Shown: positions 50,401 through 62,400 of the stretch, piece by piece
Layout of the letters: the number at the start of each line of letters is the position of its first letter
Numbering within the stretch: position 1 is the stretch's first letter
Source of the DNA: Amphiscolops sp. MND2022
Taxonomy: Eukaryota
Direction: 5' to 3'
DNA length: 64,000 nt
Assembly (NCBI GenBank): GCA_964187785.1
Contig: OZ076409.1
Span: 49,664,001-49,728,000, forward strand
Position numbers and translations under genes: made by a program
The notes under the pieces: generated by a model
The model's database searches: none
Told to the model about the DNA's origin: nothing
The model's input: only the letters and a program-made list of their open reading frames with translations

Positions 50401-53400
50401 TCCCTATAAAGATTTTTTGATCTCATTCCAAGTTCATCATAACCATCTCATAACCTCTTTTTTCAGTAAACTATTTAATGGGCTCCAAAAATGTGTTTTG
50501 AGCCATTTTAATTTGAACTTCACCAAGTGATATAATTTTGAATTTATTTAATTATTCAACGTTCCTTTTTCAATAATTGTCGATGATGTGAAACTTATGG
50601 GAAGTTTTCCCACTCCCTGAGCTTGACCTCATTGAAAACATCGTTTGCAGTTCGTACAACTCCTCGAATTTGTTGGATGACCTGAAAGTGTTGTACCGAA
50701 TGTCCGGCTTCCAAGGTCTCGGAGTAACTTTCATTTTCACTGACAACGAGATCAAGGACGAAGGGTTCCTCGAGTTCATGAACAATGTCCTCGCCTCCGG
50801 TGAAGTAAGGGCTCTCGATCTCTTGTGAAATCTCATCTGTGACTACTTCACACTGCTGGCCGCTCTCTTTTTGTCATTTATCTTCTTTCTTTTCTGTTTC
50901 TCGTCTTTTCTGTTTCTCAAGTTATAACTAATTTGGTTTGCAAAACAAATAACTGAATTGTAAAATTCATGGCGTATTAAAATTTTGCAACATTTGTCTG
51001 AACATTTGTCTTCAAATACCGTGGATGCACCCTAATTGAAAGGTCTTGGATTTTAATACATTGTTCCGACGAGTGACTTGAAAGGTCTTGGTAACTACTT
51101 GGTTAAAAGTTGAAACTTTTGTCTGATCTTGTGAGTTTTTGGTAGTGTCTGTTTGATCTAGCAAAATCTTGTAGTTTTGTTCTGGTCTCCAAGAATTTTG
51201 CAAAATATGAATGATCTTGCATTTTCTGATTCACTAGATAATTGCATGTTTCGTCTGAGTTTTGAAGGCATACAATAAAATTGCAGAAATATATTTTTAC
51301 TAGGGCAGCAGAAGCTGCGTTCTAATTACTTTCAGCTTATTTAGTCTTCTCGCAAGACATTGTTTAAAAAACTATGCGAAAACATTGTTTTCTCCCCGAT
51401 CATTGTGCATGCTATAGATTTTTCATACAACAGGAACAAACCATTCATCTTACAGAGTCTGGTTCAATTTTTTCACGTAGAAATATATATTTTTTGGTTT
51501 CAGACAATACTCACATGCAAACTTATTGCAAGATTTGCAAACTCTGTACCGTTCTGCGGGTGCTGATGGAAGAGGAACCGTGTTTTTATTCACGGATAAT
51601 GAAATTAAAGAAGAAAACTTCTTGGAGTATATGAACAACGTGTTGAGCTCTGGAGAAGTAAAAATGCCATCACGCCCTTTTCACACCCTTTAGTTTTCGA
51701 GACACAACGAAAAACGGAAAACGGCAAAAGAATTTGTGATTTGTTCAGATCAGATTTCTTCATCTGATATTCTACATTTTGAAAAAAATGATCACAAGGT
51801 GGATATTAGGCTTTCGTGAATTGTATTGCAACAATCATCTATTTTTTCGAACAGAAAAAAACATTTTGTATATAAATTTCAAAAATTTATTTGTTTTAAA
51901 GAGGCCATTTGACTGCACAGTGTCATCACTAGAATAAAACTGCAGAAAAACATTTTTACTAGGGCAGCAAAAGCTGCGTTCTAATTATTTTCATCTTATT
52001 TAGTCTATAGTAGTTTTGTTCAATGCTTTTACATAAAGCTCGGCTTTCACGACTTAAGTGATCAAAGATACTCTATATTACCAATCACTTGATTCTCTTG
52101 ACGGATATTCCCAACAATCATATCATTAACATCTTCGGTTTTTAAACTTGTCTTGAGATGCACCGTTCTTATTTGTCCAATTCTATGCAAACTTTTCCTG
52201 CAAACTTTTCCCAAGTTTCTTCATACCGCTTTCTAATCCACTTTCAATATCATAACTAAGCTTTCTCACCTTCCAGTGAGATCAATTCCTGTCCACAAAC
52301 ATTTGTTGTTGCATTTGGCAGGTGTCAAATCTGTTTGCTCGTGATGAGTTGGATGAAATCACAGGGGAGTTGGTGCCTGTAATGAAGAAGGAGTACCCCC
52401 GTAGACCCCCCACAAACGAGAATCTCTACGACTATTTCCTCACTCGTGTCAAAAACAACCTCCATGTTGTTCTCTGCTTCTCACCCGTGAGTGCCATGCT
52501 CATGTTATATTTTTTATACAAAATTACCGTTAAAAGGACAAAATCTTAACAAAATCATTACTTATAATCAGAGTAAAAAAGATCTAAATCACATACATCA
52601 TATACTGACAAAAAACGTGCGTATGAAAAACTGTAGATCATTTTGTCTGAAACAGGGAGTTACTATGTAGCTGGTTTAACTGATAGGTTGGTGAGAAATT
52701 CCGAAACCGATCACTGAAGTTCCCTGGTCTCGTGTCCGGATGTACAATGGACTGGTTCCACAAATGGCCCAGAGAGGCCCTGGTGGCTGTGTCGGGACAC
52801 TTCCTGACACCATTCGAAATTGTGGCGCAAGATGCCGTCAAGACCTCCCTCATCAACGTCATGGGTGAGATTCACGACGGGGTCGCGGAGACTTGCAGCG
52901 AGTACTTCAACAGGTAAATATGGTTCTTTCCCAGTGAAGAAAAACAATGCACATCTGTATGCGAGATGTACAATGAAAAAATGTAATCATATGTTGATAT
53001 AAATTTTGAAATATTTTGAAATACAGCCTTTCTAAGACTCCAAAAAAAACAAACATTTGAACCACAGTAGTGTTAGTTTCATCCTCTCTCAATATTTTGT
53101 GCTATTAATGTGTTTTTTGTCCTGTGTCTGTTTGGAATGCAATACTTTGCAATGATTGTGCTACAAGCTAAACGATTGAAAATCGCGTTGATTTTCAAGT
53201 ATTCAAACTCATTGGCAGGTTCCGACGTCAAACGCACGTGACCCCAAAATCGTACTTGTCTTTCTTGGACGGTTACAAGACAATCTACTCTGAGAAGAAG
53301 GAGAGACTGAAGACTCTGGCTGAGAGAATGCAGACTGGTCTGGACAAACTGGTTGAGGCCACAGAGAGTGTCAACCAGCTGAGCAAAGAGCTGGCTGTCA

Positions 53401-56400
53401 AGGAAAAGGAATTAGCTGTCGCCTCCAAAGAGGCTGACGAAGTGAGACATCACTTTTTTAACACTAAATTGAATGAACACGACTACCGCTAAGCACTGGG
53501 ATATTTTCCACCCGAACTATTTTACCACCAAACACTGGAAAAATTGTTCAAAGTTCGCACCAAAGCTGCTCCAAAATTAAACTTTGCAACTTTTAAAAAA
53601 ATTTCAAGCTCTGCTTTTGAAAAAGAAGATACTTTCAGTTCATATGCTGCGAACCTTGTTTCTTCATTGTTGAATTCTGTAGATGAAGCTTGTTTCTGGG
53701 TATAAATTTGGAATATCTCAAAATTTGTGAAAAAAAAAGAAGCGACTGAGAGATTACTTTTTCCCATATGAAAAGCATGTCTTATGAAATCTCCTGTTTT
53801 CCTTACGTTGCCATAATTTAGCAAACCAGTTGTAATTTTGTTTCCACAAGCGATGCAATTTTTTCTTCTGATTTTTGTCAGATATTTCATTGCTTAAATA
53901 CTTAATATTACCAATTTAGACAAGTTTCAACTAATTCTTTTTCAGTGACTTCTATACCTTTGATTTGCAATAGCACTTTTTGTAATCCTGTGTATTTTGT
54001 TTAACAGGTGTTGAAAGAAGTGACGTCGAAGCAGGTGTCGGCTGAGGCAGTGAAGGCACAGGTGCAGACTGTGAAAGACAGGGCCCAGGCACTTGTGGAG
54101 GAGATTGAGGCTGACAAGGCTGTGGCCGAAGAGAAGTTGTCTGCGGCTGCTCCCGCTCTGGCAGAGGCCGAGGCTGCTCTGCAAGTCAGTTCTAACTACA
54201 TAACATCAATCTGATATGATTTGACATTGCATGACATGACATGACATGACATGACATGACATGACATGACATGACATGACATGACATGACATGACATGAC
54301 ATTGCATGACATGACATGACATGACATGAGATGAGATAAGATGACTTGAGTGCAACTCCTTCGAGATGTCCAAATACATTCGAAACATTTTGACATTATC
54401 TAAATTTGGAGGGGTCGGATTAGCCCTCATTTCTCAATATTCCTCATAAAAACAAAAAAAGGTTTTAAAAATATGTTTTCATTTCAAAACTGGCAAACTG
54501 AATAAAAAACACTCTTGCATCTCATTTTGTGATCTGAACGATTTGTTTCAATAAAATAAACTTCATAAAATGTTTACAGACAATCAAAGCGGCGGATATT
54601 GCAACTGTGCGTAAATTGGGAAAGCCTCCCCACTTGGTCATGAGGATCATGGACTCTGTGCTGATCCTCTTCCAAAAGAAGATTGACACGGTGACCAAAG
54701 ACCCCGAAAGAGAGTGCGTGAAACCATCCTGGACTGAATCCCTCAAGCTGATGGGTAACACTGCGTTCTTGTCCATGTTGCAGTCATTCCCTAAGGTCAG
54801 TTCATTTCCTATACAATGCATCTAAAAAGCTTTCGGATTTTTTTCGGACGTAAAATTTCTTTAAAAAACTCAACTTAATTACTTGTAATAATAAATTTTT
54901 ATGGCTTTTAGAGCAAATTTTGTACTCTAAATTTTATTGACAATTTCGAAGAAAAGAATTTAATCGGCTTTCGGATATGAAACCGTGACTTCTGGATACG
55001 AAAGCACTTGAAATGAACTTTAAGGTCGAGCCCGGGACCAGTTGGGTTAAGACCGTTAAAACTGAGCCACATTTGTTGTGCTGATTGACTTGACTACAGT
55101 TCAATATATAAAATAATGGTCACCAAAGTTTTGAACTTTCTGAATGGTTCATGAAGCCTCAAATGGCAATTTCTTACTAGAAAAATGTAAGGTTTCTATT
55201 TCTCATAAATGAAAAATTTGCGTGAAAAAAAATAAACCAAATTTGAACGTCAAAATGCTTCAGGATACCATTAACGAAGAAATGGTAGAGTTGTTGGCTC
55301 CTTACCTAGAACAAGAGGACTACAACCTGGAAACAGCCAAAAAAGTGTCTGGCAACGTGGCTGGTCTGCTTTCCTGGACCCAGGCTATGAGTTTCTTCTA
55401 CGGTGTGAACAAAGAAGTATTGCCTCTGAAAGCTAACTTGGTTATCCAGAGTTCCAGATTAGCGGCCGCCCAAGCTGAGTTGGCAGAAGCTCAGGAACAA
55501 CTGGACCAGAAAGAGGCCGAATTGAAAGAGGTGCAGAAAATGTACGACGCTGCGATCCAGAAGAAACAAGATTTGCTGGACGACGCCGAGTCTTGCAGAC
55601 GAAAAATGCAAAACGCCACGACTCTTATTGACGGTCTATCCGGTGAGAAAATACGATGGACTGAAGCCAGTAAGTCTTTCGAGGACCAAACAATCAGGCT
55701 AGTCGGAGACGTACTTTTGGCGACAGGATTCTTGTCATACTCCGGACCCTTCAATCAAGAGTTCCGTAACCTGTTGCTGAAGTCTTGGAGAAAACTAATG
55801 GCAAACAACAAGATTCCATACAGCGACGATTTGGATTTGATTCAAATGTTGGTTGACAATGCCACAATTGGTGAGTGGAATCTGCAAGGACTGCCAAACG
55901 ATGATTTGTCTGTGCAAAATGGTATTATCACAACCAAGGCGGCAAGATACCCTCTGATTATTGACCCACAATTGCAGGCCAAGTCCTGGATTAAAAACAA
56001 AGAACGCGATAATGAACTTCAGGTGGGTTTTGGTAACTTTTTTGAAACCACTTTTCATGAAAAACTTTGCCGGAATTTTTGTAGATAACACTAGTAAGGC
56101 CCTTCGAGTCCATTCTAATATCAACAAATTTTAGTTTTGCATTTAAATATTTGCATTTACTTAATGCGTCTTTTTTCTAATTGAGACATTTACTTCCAGG
56201 CGACATCGCTGAACCACAAATACTTCCGAAACCACTTGGAAGATGCTTTGTCTCTTGGTCGACCCCTCTTGATCGAAGATATCAACGAAGAACTTGACCC
56301 CGCTCTGGATAACATCTTCGAAAAGAACTTCATCAGGTCAGGTCGTCAACTGAAAGTCAAGGTGGGAGACAAAGAGTGTGACGTCATGCAGGGATTCAAG

Positions 56401-59400
56401 ATGTATGTGACAACCAAACTGGGTAACCCCAGCTACACCCCTGAGATTTATGCCCGGACTTCCATAATTGACTTCACTGTCACAATGAAGGGTCTCGAGG
56501 ACCAGCTGCTTGGAATTGTAATAGTCAAAGAGAAAGCGGTAAGTTCTGACCTTCTACTCTTCATCATCGATATTTTTAAATCCTCATCAACTTCGGGAGT
56601 TTAGGTTTCATTTTCACAATTTAGGGTGCTGGTGATTCGCGAATGTTACTCTAATTTCGTGTAAAGTGTTCGACGGTTGCACATTGTTGAGTTGGCATTA
56701 TCAACACCAGAAGTTTTACCAACAAACTTTACTGCAGAGGAGCAAAAGCTCAGACAACATTAAAAACATCAACGATTTAGTTATGTAAACTTCTCGTCGG
56801 CTTCTAGTCAATGATTGTCAAAACGTGTACCTAAAAGTGGTAAAAATTTGGGATACAAGTTCCATATATTAAGTTTCAACTTCATGCGTGTATGTTATAG
56901 GAGCTTGAGCAGGAGCGAGTGAGTTTGATGGAAGAGGTCACCGCCAATAAGAGGAAGACACAAGAGTTGGAGGACAACTTGCTATACAGGTTGACCTCGA
57001 CTCAAGGGTCACTGGTAGAAGACGAGTCACTTATTGCGGTGCTACAGACAACCAAGGTCACAGCAGCCGAGGTCAAGGAGAAGCTCAAGGTCGCCGCTGA
57101 GACTGAGATCAAGATCAACACAGCTCGTGAAGAGTACCGACCAGGTGATGATGAATTTCGAAATCTTAGCTGAATAGATGAAGTGTGCCTTAATGAAGTG
57201 ATGTGCTATTGTTCTTTTTAAATCAACTGATCAAATGTTCATTTTTTATTCAAAAATGTTGATGAATAGTAGAGATCATTGAAAAACATGCAAAATCTTG
57301 AAAAACCAACGCCAACAATGAGTTAAACAAGAAATACTTCAAGGATATTCCTTGTTTAATTCATTGTTCGCGTGAGTTTTCATTTTTGAATCTGGAACTT
57401 TCATTTTAGTTATTCGGAATGAAGTATAGCTATATCACAAACGGTTTTAACAAAAATGCTGAAGGTTTTGAGTTTTTAATAAATCATAATTTATTTTTCA
57501 GTCGCGAACCGAGGTAGCATTTTGTACTTCTTGATTGTGGAGATGAGCATGGTCAATGTCATGTACCAGACTTCTCTGAAACAATTCTTGGGCATTTTCG
57601 ACCTTTCCATGGAATTGGCGGTCAAATCGCCAATCACGAGCAAGAGGATCTCCAATGTGATTGACACTTTGACCTATGAGAGTTTCCGCTATACGATCAG
57701 AGGTCTTTATGAGGAGCACAAGTTCATGTTCACTCTGTTGTTGACCCTGAAGATTGACCTCAACACCAAGAGGATCAAGCCGGACGAGTTCAATGTTTTG
57801 ATCAAGGGTCAGTTCTTCACAATTTTGTAAACTATTGTTGCTTTTTAGGAAAAAGTTGGTTTGATTGAAAATCGTAATCACCCAAAGTTTGAAATGGTTA
57901 GATAGAACACAAAAAGTTTTGGTCTTGATCACTTTGAATTTGTGTTCTATGAAGGAACAGGTGAATAAATTCTCTTTCCGTGAAGAATTCTCTTTCTGTT
58001 AAATTTTGTAATAAGTTGCGATTATTGAAAAAGCGCGTTTCAATGATTCCTTTTCCAAATTGCAGGAGGTGCTGCTCTAAACTTGAACGCCGTTGATCCC
58101 AAACCCAAGAAGTGGATTCTGGATATGGCGTGGCTGAATTTGTGCGAGCTGTCAAAGCTGCCTCAATTCAACCAAATCTTGCAGCAAGTGAGTTATTGCA
58201 TTTGTTATTTTGAAAAGATTAGCAATTTCATGCATTGATCTGTAAGATCATCACATTTCTGTGCCATTCGATGCATGGAACCAATCCACACATGTCTTCA
58301 ATACTATTTCATTTGATCAGTGGAAAAAGTGGTAAAATAGCTGACGATGTTGGGAAAATGAGAAAAAATTGCTGAACCCTTCCTTGTCCGATAGATATAA
58401 AAAAAATTGGAATAAAAGCATGAATGTGAAACTAACATGAGCAACACTAAAATTTCCTAACTTGCGCAAAAGTAAAGTCACAACACAACAGAATTCTCAA
58501 TTAAGTAGAATTGATCCACCGTGAATGTCTTCAGGTGTCGAGAAACGACAAGGCTTGGAAGCAGTGGTTCGACGAAGATGCTCCAGAGGAGGCCATGATT
58601 CCGGATGGATACAACACTCTGGACCCGTTCCGCAAACTGCTTCTCATCAGAAGCTGGTGTCCGGACAGAACTCTGGCTCAAGCCCGTCATTACATTGTGG
58701 ACTCCATGGGAACCAAGGTATGCTAAACTGGGTCATTTTCACAGCGCATTATAGTCTTACGTAAAAACAATCTATTTAATAATTCTTCTGAATGAAGTTC
58801 CAGCATGTTGAATGGTTTCAAATTTTGCAAATCACATTTTCCATTATCTAGATTTGGTCTGATGAGAAAACAATAAATCAAAAGTATATCCGTCGATTTT
58901 ACTGTATCAAGTGCCTCTTCAAACAATACTGCAGAAATACTGCTATAATAGCCTTTTGAAAGACGAGGTATCTCATCTGATAAAACTCACCATAATCGAA
59001 ATTTGAACTTTAAACCGTTGCCTTTCAGTTTGCCGAGGCGCAAATCTTGAATTTGGAAGCCCTCTGGGAGGAATCGGACAACAGGACACCCATGATCTGC
59101 TTCCTGAGTATGGGCTCGGACCCGACAGAGAGCATCGAGAAGCTGGCTAAAAAACATGGACTAGTGTGCAAAGCCATCTCCATGGGTCAAGGTCAAGAGA
59201 TACACGCCAGAAAACTACTGTCGACCGCTATGGCGGAAGGTTCGATAAGTTCGAATGCACTTTAGGTCAAACAAGACGGGAACGTCTAAAGTCGGCGCTA
59301 TATCTAAGGCTCAAAAAAACGCTAAGTTTTTAAACTTGTAAAAGGGGGACCCTTTCGGCTTTTTGAAAATCCAGTCTGTTGCAAAATATCAAAAAAAATT

Positions 59401-62400
59401 GAAGGAGACAATAGAAAAATTCGGATTTTTTTTGAAAAAACTTTCGAAAAAACGAAAAATGAAAATTTTGAAACAGTCTCACAGTGCCGAAAAACTAGAA
59501 AGGGGGACCCTTTGGGCTTTTTGAAACTTCAGTTTGCTACAAAATATCAAAAAACTTGAAGGGGGACCGTTTGGCGACAAAAGAAAATTCTAAAAAAAAG
59601 TCGCACAGTGCCGAACAAAAATCAAAGGGGGGACCCTGTAGTCCCGTCCGGTTTTGTATCTTACGTTAAAAATTGAGTACACGAAAAGGGGGACCCTTTG
59701 CAGTAACTCAGATGTGATTCCGCTTGCCGGTTCAGTACTTTTAGTAGTTCTGTAAAAAGTGTCCACTACGCATACATTCTGTGGTCTGACGAAAAAAAAG
59801 AAAAAAAAACTTGCCACTGTAATAGTCGGGCTCATTTTCTTCTAAAATGCGCCGACTAAAAATAGGCTTCACAAAATAAAACTGAAAAACCAACTTGACC
59901 AAAACAGAGCCTGCAAAACATCAAGCTAATTAGTCAGACTAATGCTTCATTTAACCCGGAATAGAGGTGGAATTTTCTGGATCCATCGTAAAATCGGTTG
60001 CTTAAACTTTGAACCGCAATATCTCCTTAACTATTCAAGTCCGATTTATACAGCGTTCGAAAGAGGAGCATCAGGGCTTTCAAATCAATTTTTAAACTGC
60101 TGGGCTGGGGGCACTGGCTCCGGACTTTGCGCCAAAACTTTGCACGCGTCGTGTCTCTGCTTGCTTTTTAGCATGTTTCAAAACATTCTGAGGCCGCTTT
60201 GACCCAATGTTGACACCAGTGGGTTAAAAGGGCCAGAAACGAAAAATGGGAAAATGGAAAATCTGCAGTTATTTTTTTTGAATTTTTTGTCTCATTTTCT
60301 GGATTTCGGAGACATCACGTCAATATTCCGTGAAAAGGCGCCGAATGCTATGCAATATTGTCTGAAAATCTTATTCAAGAGTTTGCTTTACCATACGGTG
60401 GGCAGGTGCCTTTAGAAGTTCGCAGATCTTAAGTGGTGCAAATACGTACCGCGATGCTAAATAGGGTTAAAGATAATGTCACATATAGTCTAGCACATAT
60501 ACATGAAACCAGTCAAACTCGAGGCGGTTTTCTGCTTTCAAAGTATCCGCAAAAGACGTGATTTGTTACTTATTGCAATACGCCAAACTCTCAAAATAGT
60601 TTTTGAAGTTTTAGCTAACGTTTTTTTGCAACTTTTCAGATTATTCAGGAGTATAGTCGAATGAAACCTAAAACTAACCCATTTTAATAATACTTGAGTT
60701 TACTCAACCCATTTCAAGTATTTCAACTTTCTTTGCTTTGCAGGTGGCTGGGTGCTGTTCCAGAACTGTCACTTGGGTCTGGACTACATGGACGAGATGT
60801 TGGACAACGTGGTTTCGGCTGAGAACCCCCACGAAAAGATGCGCGTGTGGATAACCAGTGAGGCTCATCCCAAGTTCCCCATCACTGTCCTCCAGAGCTC
60901 CATCAAGTTCACCTTTGATCCCCCACAGGGAGTCAAGGCCGGTCTGAAGCGAACATTCGCAGGTGTCACCCAAGACCAACTGGAAATTTCCAACCTTCCC
61001 GAGTGGAAACCATTGTTGTACGCTGTTGCATTCTTGCATACCTGTGTACAGGAGAGAAGGAAGTTCGGGCCTCTGGGATGGAATATTCCTTATGAGTTCA
61101 ACTCGGCTGATTACACGAGCACTGTCCAGTTCTGTCAGAACCATTTAGACGAAGTGGATCCAAAGAAGGTGGGTAGAGTTTCGAAAAGGTGGTTAAGGCT
61201 TTCGAGAAGGAGTCATAAGTGATATCTCATCTAAAGTGGAGGTTTTTTCCTAGGACTTCAAGAACAATTTTGATAATTTTCATTGATAAGTCTTAGATTT
61301 TTTGCAATGTATACTTGAAAATACTTTGCTGCATGAATTCTTGTTTTTATTTTTGACAAAGTTAATCAGATAACAGGAGAAAAATTGTCTGATAATGCCT
61401 TGGACACTGATAACTTACCAAGAAAAATTACCTGAGACTCCTTAAGTGAAAATTACCAGATGGAAAAAAGTTCTTCTAGTAAATAGTCCCCGATTTCTTC
61501 GAGCCGCAGGCCATTAAAAAGTGATGGCCTTGCTATGTGTTCCTGAACCAAAGCGCCATGTTAGACCTCAAAACTGCATTTATCTCAATTGCTTATTGTT
61601 GTCAATTTGTCCCAATACATGCATGATCTGAAGGAAGAAATTGAGTTTTGCGGGAAGACCAAAGTTACAGAATTTTCCCATGTCTAGAAGAAAAATCATC
61701 ATCAATCAGACTTTAGTTTAAAAAAGATTATGCCTTCTAAACAATTTGCTTCTTGTTCGTAGGCAACTTTGACCATATTTGTCACTTCTGATTCTAAACA
61801 TCATTCATTGCATAATGAACATTTGCAGGGTATTTCGTGGGCGACAGTGAGATACATGATCGGAGAGGTTCAGTACGGAGGGAGAGTCACTGACGACTTC
61901 GATAAAATTCTACTGAACTGCTTTGCCAGGAGCTGGTTCGGAAACCACATGTTTGAGGAAAACTTCTGCTTCTACAAAGGTAATTAACCCAGATTCAATC
62001 TTTGGTTCATGTGTTTAATAGCTTTGGCCTGAGCAAAACTGCTCGGAACGTATTTGTTTTGAAAAACGGTAAGCGCTCCAAAATATTACTTGTAATCTGG
62101 GTCATATCGAAATTCCAACAAGATCATCATAAGAAAAATCACCTGAGGGATTTACTTAGAGAAGTTTCAAGTAGCAATGACAGGTTTAATAACAAATAAT
62201 TCGTTTCGAGTTCTGTATAAAACAACATCCTTGTCTGTTTCCAGGCTACTCTATCCCCAAATGCAAGACTGTGGAGGAGTACAGGAACCTTATCGAGGGT
62301 ATGCCTAACGTGGACTCGCCTCAGGTGTTCGGTCTGCACTCTAACGCGGACATCACCTACCAGACGAACACGGCCACCATGTGTCTGGAGACCATCCTCA

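Noticed and set aside
51504..51657. Exon B as an assembly duplication artefact
   Set aside because: The DNA is strongly diverged from exon A while protein, length and phase are conserved; an artefact would be near-identical.
54196..54430. ORFs with (MSCHV)n repeats
   Set aside because: Translation of the (CATGA)n microsatellite.
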